NCBI RefSeq assembly: GCF_000372725.1 | Contig: NW_005202176.1 | Coordinates: 104,240 to 168,239, forward strand | Length of the DNA: 64,000 bases | From: Emiliania huxleyi CCMP1516 | Taxonomy: Eukaryota | Reading direction: 5' to 3' | Shown here: positions 36,956-46,953 of the stretch, piece by piece | Position numbering within the stretch: the stretch's first letter is position 1 | How the letters are laid out: each line of letters opens with the position of its first letter | Translations under genes and position numbers: made by a program | The notes under the pieces: model-generated | The model's input: the letters and a program-made list of their open reading frames with translations, nothing else | Told to the model about the DNA's origin: nothing | Databases searched by the model: none

Positions 36956-38123
36956 GGGACGAAGTCGTTGTTGCACGTCCACTCCGTCTCGTACACGCCG
37001 ATCGCGAGGCACACGACTGGGGGGGGAGGAGGGGGGGTGAGGGGAGGGAGGTGTGCTGGCGGCGCGCCGTTGAGGGAGGGGGGAGGGGGAGGGGGGGGGG
37101 GGGGGTGCTGGCGGTTGGGGGGAGGGGCTTGGCGGCGCGCCAATGAGGAAGCCCGCGGTGAGGGTGAACCAGATGAGGCCGGCGAAGCCCTTGGCGAGCT
37201 TTGCGGAGAGCGGGAGCAGGCCGACGAGCGCCAGTCAGTGGAAAATGATCATCACGGCGGAGGCAACCTCGGCGATGATGGCGAGGGACATGGCCGAGAA
37301 GCCCGCCTTCTTGAGCTCGGTGCACTGGAGGAAGTGCGCCGGGTGCTTGAGGCCTGGTGCGGGACAGCGGACGATAGAGGGCGGGGTTGTTGGTCGCGCG
37401 CCCGCGGCGGCGGCCGTGCATTCGGCGCACCGTCGGTCGCGACGACGCTCGGCACGGCGGCAATGACCTGGAGGAGGCCGAGCTCGTCGATGTACTCCTG
37501 CAGGGTCTCGCGGGCGCCCGCCTTGCCCCAGCCGTAGCCCGACGAGTCGTGGTGCAGGCCGACGCCGTACTGCGGCCCGAGAAGCTCGTCGGCGCGGTAG
37601 TCGAGGCCGTGATCCTTGAGGTTGATCGTTTCGCCGTCCAGGGTCGCCGTGAGTGCAGTGAGGCGGGGCAGGTTGGAGGTGTCCTTGAGCTTGATGACCG
37701 ACCGGCCTGCGGGCGAGGGCGGCGGTGTGGTGAGAGAGAGGCGGGGCGGCGGGACAACGTGGCGGCGGCGCACCGTCGGCAAGAGCGGCGGAGGCGAGCA
37801 GGGCGATCACGCCGGCCACGACGAGGGCGAGCAGGTGCGAGAGCTTGTACGCGATGTCGGACCCCGTGGCCTTCTCGGTACCGTCGGTCACCGTGTATGC
37901 CTTTGTGTTGGTCTTGGGCTGACCCTCGAGCGCGTCTGCCGTTGTGGGCGTCTCCGTCAGGTCGTCCTTCGAGATGCGTTCCACGTTCGACTCCAGCCAG
38001 TCAGACTGCGCGCGTGCGTGCAGTGGTGCGTGCGCGGATCGCGGGACGGGGGGTGGGAGAGGCGGAGATGCGTGCCTGCGCCATTGAGAACAAATCACTG
38101 CACAGGAGAAAGGACGACACCAT
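36948..38123 (-). pseudogene. Multi-exon membrane protein gene (amastin/claudin-like topology) with an in-frame TGA and apparent 3' truncation
   Basis: Exons give ...KLSHLLALVVAGVIALLASAALAD...HFLQCTELKKAGFSAMSLAIIAEVASAVMIIFH*LALVGLLPLSAKLAKGFAGLIWFTLTAGFLI|VVCLAIGVYETEWTCNNDFVPGLS. TGA at 37235-37237. Confidence 0.6.
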
Positions 38124-38524
38124 AAAACATACGGCTTCTCCGCCAGTCCCGCGCTCACCGCCTCCAACTCTCCTGGCCCGACCCGATCGGTCTCGTCTCC
38201 TGCTCCCCGCGCCGCCGCTCCTCCCTCGCGCCCGCGAGGGGCTCCTGATTGTGGCGCAGCCTGCTGGATGCGCGGCGCGGCCTGCCTCCGGGGGTGCCTC
38301 TGAGCTGGCCATTTTGGGTCACACCGTGAGAGAACGCGATACGCGTTTCAACTCGCACCGACCAGGGCTACACACAATAAACATGTGCAAGACCACGGGA
38401 CAGCGCGAGCTCCACCCCTCCCACAAAAGTCCTCCCCACCGTCCTCCCACAATGCTGCAACAAGATCCGTGCGCCGCCGGCGCCAATAGCAGTACTGTAC
38501 TTGATTGCTGTCCTTTGCGCGCGG

Positions 38525-40519
38525 CTAGTCTGCATCCGCCTTGGCCCTCGCAGCGGCCGCTGACACGCGCCTCGCCTTGACGGCAGCCAGTGCCGCCTCC
38601 GCCGCCTCCGCCGCCTCTGCCGCCGCCGCCGCAGCCGCCGCCGCAGCCGCCGCAGCCGCGGCGGCCGCCTCCTCCTCTGCCGCTGCCAGAGCGTCGGCCT
38701 CGGCTTCAGCCTCCCGGCGCGCCTCCGCTGCCACCAAGGCTGCCTCCTCACCCGCCTCCGCCGCCTCCTCCTCGCTTCCCTCACTCGCCGCCTCGGCCTC
38801 CTCTCCCAACGCCTCCGCCAATCCCGCGACCGACGTCTCCGCCGTGATGCCGTACCGAATCCGCTCCTCGTGGAGCGTCTCGAGAAGCCTGATCAACCCC
38901 TCCCTGTCCAGCTTCGCGGGCTTGGCTGCGTCTGCCTCTGACGGCGCCTCGGACTCCTGCGACGGCCCAGCGCCGCCGCCCCCGCCGCCCTTCTTCTTCT
39001 TCTTCCCCTTCTTGCCCTTGCCGCGCTTCTCTGCCTCGACCTCCGCCAGCAGCTCGTCGGCGTGCCTCGCCGCCTCTGCCTCCGCCGCCGCCCGCTCCGC
39101 TGCCCTCTCCGCCGCCTCCGCAGCCCACGCCGCCTCCTTCGCCGCCTTCTCTGCCGCCTTCTCGGCCGCCGCATGCTCCTCGAGGGCGCGCACGCACTCG
39201 GTGTGGCCCTTCTCCTTGGCAATCTGCAGCGCTGTGCAGCCAGTCGCCGAGCGCAGTTCCGTGTCGGCGCCCGCCCGCAGCAGGCATCGGACAGCGGCGG
39301 GGTGGTCCTTGACAGCGGCGGCCATCAGCGCGGTGCGGCCGGCAATCTCCTTCTGGTCGATCTCCGCCCCGTGCCGCAGCAGCAGCTCGACCACCCGCTC
39401 GTGGCCCAGGAGGGCGGCGCCCATCAGCGCGGTGACGCCGCGGCTGTTCCGAAGGTCGATCGAAGCGCCACGCTGCAGCAGCGCCGCGGCCAGCCGCTCG
39501 TGGCCGTAGAAGGCAGCGTACATCAGCAGCGTAAAGCCGCTCTGACCCTCACGAGTGAAGGTCGCGTCCACCCGCCCGCCGCCGTCGAGCCACGCCAGCA
39601 CCGCCTCGAAGCCTTGCTCAGCCGCGTCCGCGATCTCCTCGGGGACGGCGTCCTCGCCCATTCCGCTCTCCACGCCGCCAGAAGAGGACGCGGCAGTTGG
39701 TGCCGCCGCTGCCCCCTTGCCCGAGGCGGCATCGCCGTCCGCCCCTGCGCCGCCCGCCTCGCCGATCTCCTCGGGAACAGGCCCGCTGCTGCCGCCCGAA
39801 GCGCTGCCTGTCCCCGCCCCGCCCGCCTCGACCGCCGCCGCGTCGCGCCTCTCCGCCGCCACCTCGCCGATAAACGTCTTGACGGCCGCGACGCACTCGG
39901 TGTGGCCCTTCTCTTTGGCGATCTGCAGCGCCGTCTTGCCCGGCGCAGTGCGCAGCGCCATGTCTGCGCCCGCTCGCAGCAACTGGAGCACGACGACAGG
40001 GCGGCCGTGGGAGGCGGCGCTCACGAGCGCGGTGTGGCCGTCGCCGTCCTGCAGGTCGACCTCTGCGCCGTGCCGCAGAAGCAAGTCGACCACGCGCTCG
40101 TGGCCTTGGTGGGCGGCCAACGTTAGCGCAGTGCAACCTTCACTGTTCTGCAGGTTGATCTCCGCGCCGTGCTGCAGAAGCGTCTCGACCACCTGCACGT
40201 GGCCCGAGAAGGCGGCGGCCATCAGGGCCGCATCGCCTTTGCTGTTTTGCGCGTCAGGCTTCGCGCCCCGCTTCAGCAGAACCTCGAGCAGCTGCTTGTG
40301 ACCGTTGCCGGCGGCGATCAGCAGGAGCGTCCAGCCACTCACACTTCCACGCACGCACGTCGCATCAACCCGCCCGTCCCCGGCGAGCCACGTCTGCACC
40401 ACGCCCGCCTTGCCGTTCACCGCCGCCGCCTCGATCTTTTTCGACAGCGCGAGCGACGCACCCTGTGGCGTCGTTGAAGCGTGTCCGCGCCCTTTGCCAG
40501 CGCCGGTTCGGCCGGGCAT
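38525..40519 (-). CDS. Ankyrin-repeat protein with two duplicated ANK blocks and an Ala/Glu coiled-coil tail
   Basis: Repeated G.TAL..AA..GH..VV.LLL.HGA motifs. Both blocks start 'WL.G.GRVDAT' and end 'TALQIAKEKGHTECV'. Confidence 0.9.
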   Translation of the reverse strand: MPGRTGAGKGRGHASTTPQGASLALSKKIEAAAVNGKAGVVQTWLAGDGRVDATCVRGSVSGWTLLLIAAGNGHKQLLEVLLKRGAKPDAQNSKGDAALMAAAFSGHVQVVETLLQHGAEINLQNSEGCTALTLAAHQGHERVVDLLLRHGAEVDLQDGDGHTALVSAASHGRPVVVLQLLRAGADMALRTAPGKTALQIAKEKGHTECVAAVKTFIGEVAAERRDAAAVEAGGAGTGSASGGSSGPVPEEIGEAGGAGADGDAASGKGAAAAPTAASSSGGVESGMGEDAVPEEIADAAEQGFEAVLAWLDGGGRVDATFTREGQSGFTLLMYAAFYGHERLAAALLQRGASIDLRNSRGVTALMGAALLGHERVVELLLRHGAEIDQKEIAGRTALMAAAVKDHPAAVRCLLRAGADTELRSATGCTALQIAKEKGHTECVRALEEHAAAEKAAEKAAKEAAWAAEAAERAAERAAAEAEAARHADELLAEVEAEKRGKGKKGKKKKKGGGGGGAGPSQESEAPSEADAAKPAKLDREGLIRLLETLHEERIRYGITAETSVAGLAEALGEEAEAASEGSEEEAAEAGEEAALVAAEARREAEAEADALAAAEEEAAAAAAAAAAAAAAAAAEAAEAAEAALAAVKARRVSAAAARAKADAD

Positions 40520-41164
40520 GAGGCGCGCGCGTGGGTGGGAGGGAAGACCGGAAAGCGCGCGCGGGAGCGCGGGCCGGCTTCTTTCTTTTCGCGCACAAAA
40601 CGGCAAAAGAGGGAAGATCTTCAACTTCCACTGAGAGAGAGGGCGCGGCCATCTTCAACTTCCACTGCGTGAGAATGGGCCGTGAGTGGGCTGTGAGAAC
40701 CGAGTTGTTGACCGTCTGGCCACATGAACTACACAATCACAAACAAATCTCTCTCATGAACCCGGTCAGGTCACAGGTGTTCCTCCCCACCTAGAAGCTA
40801 CTCGAGTAGAAAGATGGAAGTGCCCAGCCATGTACGAACTATAACGCGCGGCGTGGTTAGTGGGGTCCGTGTCCGCACTAGCGTTGGAGTCGCTTGGGCA
40901 GCATCGACAGCCCCAGTGTCAACATCCGCACCTCGGGGGAGGTCGACTGCGATGGAGACGCACGATTTTGTACGTTCCATACCGAGCGCCGGACACGGGC
41001 CACGGACAGCTGAGAGGATGATAGACGCGCTGCCCCCTGGACTAAAAAAAAGAGCGTTGCGTCGTGGCGCAAACCGCAGTCTCCGTCAACCTGTTCACGA
41101 CCTCAATACATCCGGCCACCAACCAGCCTCATCGCCACGCCCTCACGCCTCGGAGGCGGCCAGG

Positions 41165-42072
41165 TCAGTCCTTGACCTCGATCCCCATGTTTGCGCAGGT
41201 GCCCATCACGGTGTTCATCGCCGACTGGAGCTTGTTGGTGTTCAGGTCGGGGAGCTTCACCTTTGCGATCTCCTCCACCTAACAGCCGAGCGTGCTCCCG
41301 TGCGGCCTCGCGTCGCTCACAGGCGCCGTCTCGCCGCGAGGAGCCCCCCCCCTCTCTCTCCTTCTCTCTCTCACTCTCCCCCCCCTCCCCCCCCTCTCTC
41401 CTTCTCTCTCTCTCACTCTCACCCCCCCCCCCTCTCTCCTCACCTGAGCCATCGTGATACTGCCTGCGATCTTGGCGTCGCGCGCGGCGTTGGGCGTGCC
41501 CGACCCCTTCGGCACGCTCGCCGCCTTCTTTATCAGCGCGGAGCAGGGCGGCGTCTTCATGATGAACGTGAAAGACCTGCGACGCGGCGAACCGGCTGAG
41601 AGGGCGGCGGCGGCGCGGCGGCGGCGGCGGGGGACAGGCGCTCACTTGTCGTCGTAGACAGAAATCTCGACGGGGACGATGGTGCCCATCTGGAGAGGGG
41701 AGGGGGCAGGGACGAGGTCACGCCCCGAGGAGAGGGACGGGGCGGAGCGTCGCCGCGAGGAGAGACGGCGGTCTAGCAGCGGCTTGTCCGCGCCTTGTCC
41801 TGCGTGCGAGCATTGTACTCCTTGCAGAACATCATGATGTTGACGCCCGCCGCGCCGAGCGCCGGCCCGATCGGCGGCGCCGGGTTCGCCTTGCCCGCAT
41901 CAATGGCCAGCTTGATGATCTTCGCCACCTTCTTGGCCATCATGCGCGGCTCAGCAGCGCGGGCGGGCGACGCCGCGCGGGCCGCAGGCGCGACGAGCAG
42001 CCCAGCGGCGTGGGTGCAGCAGCAGGCGAAGAGCGCGAGCGCGAGCCGTGTGGGCGTCCTCCTCGAAAGCAT
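41165..42072 (-). CDS. rpl11: Nucleus-encoded plastid 50S ribosomal protein L11
   Basis: Exons 42072-41794, 41689-41646, 41576-41444, 41278-41165. Bipartite leader, then [29 protein letters not shown]...[21 protein letters not shown]...MGIEVKD*. Confidence 0.95.
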
Positions 42073-42450
42073 GGCGGACGCGGTCGTTTCAGCTGCAGCG
42101 GCTGCGGCGCGGGGCGGGAGGGGCGTCGGTGCCCGCTGCTCGAGGCTGGCCGCGGAAATCGGCAGCACGCGGCGTGGCTGTGGCAAGGGCGTGGTGGGGA
42201 GACCGCGTGCGGGTGGCTAGCTGCGAGGAAGCGAGCGGGCCGGCAGGCTGCGCTCTGTCGACGGGCGGCGGGCCTCGCACTGGGAGGAGTCAACCTCGCT
42301 CTAGCTCGAAAAGAAACATTTCGGGCAGGGCTCGCCGTGATCCATCATGGAGCTGGTCGCGAGTCACGCGCTGGGTGTGGCGAGTCGGTTGTCGTTCATG
42401 AGAGGGAGAGGTTACATGTATCTCAATCCAGGTCTGGACTCTTGTGCTCG

Positions 42451-43342
42451 TCAGACAGTCCTAGAGAAAATAGATTCGGTCGGGACGCACAGCGGAGCGG
42501 TGTTAGACCCACCTGTGCCACGAAGTCCACCATGGGCCAACCCGCCAGCGGCGGAGCTCGCCCCCGCTCGTTGCGTGCTCGCCGACAAGCTTGGCGTCGG
42601 GCCTGGCGGCGCCTCCCCGGCCGGCCGTGTCGTCGCCACCGCCATCGCCGCCGCCGCCGCCGCCGCCGCCTCGCGCTCAACCGCGAGCATCTGCGTGACC
42701 GCCAGCTGCGCGCCGGTCAGCCCGGGCGCGTCGTCGGCCGGCGGCGGGCGGGCGGAGCGGCCGTCGGGCGCAGCCGCTGCAGCTGCAACGACCGCGTCTG
42801 CCATGCTTTCGAGCGGGAGCGGGAGGCGTTGCGTCGGCGGCATAGCGGGCGGGCGGGGCGGCGGGGACTTGGCTGCCGGCCCTGGCTCGTCAACGATCGC
42901 GACAGGGGCAGGCTGTGGCGGGCCGGACACGCCCGCGGGCGGCGGCGTGGCGGCGGCGGGCGGCGGTGCGGTGGAGAGCCTCACCGCGCCCTCCGCCGCC
43001 CGCTCCTGCTCCTTGCTGAGCCACTGGCCGTGGAAGGCTGCGCGCAGCTCCGCGTACTGCTTGCGCAGCTGGTGGATGGCGAGCGAGTCCGCTCTGCTGC
43101 CGCTCAGCGACCCCATCGCCGTCGCAGTGTCGGCCATCGCCCTCGCCCTCGCCGCCTCAACCAGGAAGGCGCTGTCGGCCACCCCTCCGGGGACCCCTCC
43201 GGAGCCCCAGAAGCCCGCTCCCGCCGCCGCCGCCGCCGCCGCCGCCTGCGGTGCTGACGCGGCCGCGGCTGCAGGTGGTGCCTGCGCTGCTGCCGCCGCC
43301 GCTGACGCCGCCGCCGCTGATGCCGGCGCTTGTGTCGAGGCT

Positions 43343-43407
<65 letters not shown>

Positions 43408-43833
43408 TGCCGCCGCCGCCGGTGCCGGCATCTGTTGAGGCGACGGAACCGTGACGCCAAACTGGCGGCGGGCACGCCTCATCTGCCTGAAGACGAAGAC
43501 AGCCGTCGCGACGTGCGCCACGTTGGACTTTAGCGGCCGGCCATCAAAGTTCATGATTGCCGCGACAGATGAGAGGGAGCCGGTCGGCCGCGGTCGTGGC
43601 CGCGGGGTCGGCAGTGGCCCTCGCCCTCTTGCGCGCTTCGCAAGCTGCGACCGGCCCTGCTCCGTGTCGAGGAAGGCGCGCTTACCCAGGTAGAAGGCAC
43701 GCTCCCGGCAGCCCAGCATCAACAGCCGCGCGAGCGTCTGCACGCTCGCGCCCCGCTGGCCGCCTTGGCCGGCAGATGATGGACCTGGCGCCCCGGAGGC
43801 CGGCGGCGGCTGATCCGCAGGGCCGGCGGACAT
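42451..43833 (-). CDS. Ala/Pro-rich hypothetical protein
   Basis: 460-aa ATG-started ORF with a poly-Ala (GCG)n tract. No recognised domain. Confidence 0.4.
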
Positions 43834-44497
43834 AACAGCGCGTGCGAGTCAACGGGGTCGAGTCAACGGTATCTTCGAATCACTGTAGCTGCGGAGGGAC
43901 TTCGCACCAGCCTGACGCGCAGGCTGGCTGTGAGTGTCGCGGACCTGCTTTTTCAAGGAGTGACTTTTTTGGTTTTGCTGGCCGGCCCCTGCCCTGCCCC
44001 TACCTACCTACCTACCTACCTACCTACCTACCTTACTTATGGGAAACTAAAGAAATCACTGGATGGGTGAATGCGCGAGGCAAGGAGGAGACTCGGAGAA
44101 CTGAGAGACTGGGACGACTGGAAACAAGAAGACAGTGAGTGAGCCACCACAGGCGTCGTTGGCGCACATACTGAGCGGGAGCTGCGCTGGAAATAAGGAA
44201 CAGGCTCGTTACTTCTTGCGGAAGCTTGAGAGGACGTCCTTGTGCGGCACGTTGGTGATGAGGATCTTCGACGTCACTCTCAAAAGATGGAAAATTTTAT
44301 ACCACACTCCTTTCCTTAAAATCCCTGTGTGCTGGCGGCGTGCCATAAATAAATAAATAAATAAAACGGACATCCCAAGCTAGGGCTGGGTCGAGGACAG
44401 ACACGTCCCCACCTTTGCAGGATTTTGCGGCGTGCCGTCCTCTCTCGGCCAGGGCTAAGTTTTCTCCTTTAGTCTCGCCTCCGCGGCCGGTGCCAGG

Positions 44498-45098
44498 ATG
44501 GCGTCGCAGAAGAAGGCGATCGTGCTGGACATGTCCAAGTACGTGGACAAGTCCGTGCGCGTCAAATTCATGGGGGGTCGCGAGGCGAACCGCCGCGCTG
44601 TGCGACGGCCGCGCCTGTCTCTCCGCTCGCTGCCCGCTCACCGGTGGTTTGGCTCCCGGCGCAGGTGGTCGGTGTGCTCAAGGGGTACGACGCGCTGCTC
44701 AACTTGGTGCTGGACGAGGCGCACGAGTACCTCAAGGCGCGCCGCGCGTCGAGCCGCGCCGCTTGCGATCTGCGTCGTTCTCTCCTCTCTCTCGCTCGGC
44801 TGAGCCAGCGCGCCGCGCCCGCAGGACCCGACCGACGCCTACCGCTTGCTGGACGAGACGCGGCCGATGGGCCTGATGGTCTGTCGCGGCACCTCCATCA
44901 TGCTCGTCTGCCCGACCGACGGGCTCGAGGAGATTGCGAACCCCTTCTTGCAGGCGAGCCCTCTCCCCGTTCCGCCCCGAGCGCAGGCTGCGCCGTTGCA
45001 GCCAGCGTGCCCCGTTCGTGCTGGCTCGCACGCTCCTTCACCACCGCCCCGCCCCTTGCCGTGTTTCGCAGGAGGAGGGTGAGGAGGAGGGACAATGA
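44498..45098 (+). CDS. LSM7: U6 snRNA-associated Sm-like protein LSm7
   Basis: Exons 44498-44584, 44665-44736, 44825-44953, 45072-45098 (three GC-AG introns). ...LDMSKYVDKSVRVKFMGGREVVGVLKGYDALLNLVLDEA...GLMVCRGTSIMLVCPTDGLEEIANPF. Confidence 0.95.
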
Positions 45099-46953
45099 CC
45101 GGACCAGCAGCGCTGCAATCGCAGCTTTACTATAAGTACTAGTTTTGTAGTGTTTAATTGATCCATCTCCCATCTCATCCCCCGACAACCTCGTGTTTTT
45201 TTTAAACCCAAACCCTCGGTTGTTCCCACTCCCTCCCGCTCCGGTCTCGCTCCCGCTGCCGACAGCTTCACCCAGCCCTCGCCCGGACGCCCGCACGCGG
45301 CTCGCGCTCCCGGACCCGGTCCCGCAGCCGACAGCTTCGCCTTGCTGGTACTTCACAGAGCTTCTCAGACGTCGCAATGGAGGAGTCCTGGGAGCGCGAG
45401 CACAGCCGAAAGCGCAAGGCCGGGCTCGGCTTCCAGCAGCGCGCGAGTGTTTTTTTTTGCCTTGCCTGCCCGCTCTGGCGCTGGGGGGCCCACTGGTTGC
45501 GGCCGATGGCCTCCCACCGCATCGGCGCGCGCGTCGCGGGCCTCTCGCCAGAGCAGCTGTGCGCCATCATCGAGGCGCAGGCGGGCGCGAGCGACGCCGC
45601 GCTGCGCGTGGCGGAGGAGCACGCCGCACGGCTCGTGGAGCAGCCCGAGTGGGTCCTCTCCGAGGTCCTCCTCTCGCCGGACCTCGCCCCGCACATCCTC
45701 GCCCAGCTGCCGACCAAGGAGCACGCCGCCAAGGGGACGTGCCGCGCGTGGCGCCGCGGCTGGAAGGAGACGCTGAAGAAGCGCGAGAGGCCGCGCCTGC
45801 ACGTGATCGGCGGCCACGACTCGCTGGAGCGGTACGACCCGTCAACGAATGAGTGGGAGGGGGAGGCTGTGGCGCCGATGCCGACGGCACGAAACTATGT
45901 CCGCATGGCGGCGCTCGATGGCAAGCTCTACGCGGTGGGCGGCGAGAGTGAGGCTGACGGCGAGGATGAGGATGGCGAGGATGAGGACGACCGCGCACCT
46001 TCCAACCTGGTGGAGCGGTACGACTTTGCTACGAAAGCGTGGGAGGAGGTGGCGCCGATGGCAGAGGCGCGGACTAATCACGCCATGGCGGCGCTCGACG
46101 GCAAACTCTACGCTATCGGCGGGTACGACGACGACGAGAACGAGGCCCTCAGCTCAGTCGAGCGGTACGACCCCGCGACGAACGCGTGGGAGGCGGTGGC
46201 GCCGATGCCGTCGGGGCGGATTAATCACGCCGTGGCGGTGCTCGACGGCAAGTTGTACGCTGTTGGCGGCTGCGGCAACGACGGTGACTGTCTCAGCTCG
46301 GTGGAGCGGTACGACCCGACAGCGAACATGTGGGAGGCGGTGGCGCCGATGGCGGCGGAGCGGATTAATCACGGCGTGGCAGTGCTGGACGGCAAGCTGT
46401 ACGCTGTGGGAGGCTACGACGACGACGACTTCCTCAGCTCGGTGGAGCGGTACGATCCGGCTACAAACGCGTGGGAGGCGGTGGCGCCGATGGGGGAGGA
46501 ACGGAGCAGGCCCGGCGTGGCGGCGCTCGACGGCAAGCTGTACGCTGTGGGCGGCTACGACGGCGACTACTACCTCAGCTCGGTGGAGCGGTACGATCCC
46601 GCGACGAACGCGTGGGAGGCGGCTGCGCCGTTTCCTACGTTACGATCTTTTCATAGCATCACCGTGGCGTAGGGTTGCAATGACCGGACCAGCAGCGCTG
46701 CAATCGCAGCTTTACTATAAGTCCTAGTTTTGTAGTGTTTAATTGATCCATCTCATCCCCCGACAACTTGGATCACTTGCAATTTTTTTAAACCCAAACC
46801 CTCGGTTGTCCCACTCCGCCCGCTCACTCGCGCTCCCGCAGCCGACAGCTTCGCCTTGCTGGTACTTCACAGAGCTTCTCAGACGTCGCAATGGAGGAGT
46901 CCTGGGAGCGCGAGCACAGCCGAAAGCGCAAGGCCGGGCTCGGCTTCCAGCAG
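45093..46953. repeat. Direct duplication (45093-45439 and 46678-46953) flanking a 1.24-kb kelch cassette
   Basis: Both copies run from caatgaccggaccagcagcg... to ...gggctcggcttccagcag. Copy 1 has extra internal sequence. Confidence 0.92.
45506..46672 (+). CDS. F-box-like + kelch-repeat protein (paralogue 1); in frame with an upstream ATG at 45377
   Basis: 'VLLSPDLAPHILAQL...GTCRAWRRGW' is F-box-like. About six kelch repeats (LDGKLYAVGG...SSVERYDP.TNAWE.VAPM). Intronless. Confidence 0.9.
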   Translation: MASHRIGARVAGLSPEQLCAIIEAQAGASDAALRVAEEHAARLVEQPEWVLSEVLLSPDLAPHILAQLPTKEHAAKGTCRAWRRGWKETLKKRERPRLHVIGGHDSLERYDPSTNEWEGEAVAPMPTARNYVRMAALDGKLYAVGGESEADGEDEDGEDEDDRAPSNLVERYDFATKAWEEVAPMAEARTNHAMAALDGKLYAIGGYDDDENEALSSVERYDPATNAWEAVAPMPSGRINHAVAVLDGKLYAVGGCGNDGDCLSSVERYDPTANMWEAVAPMAAERINHGVAVLDGKLYAVGGYDDDDFLSSVERYDPATNAWEAVAPMGEERSRPGVAALDGKLYAVGGYDGDYYLSSVERYDPATNAWEAAAPFPTLRSFHSITVA

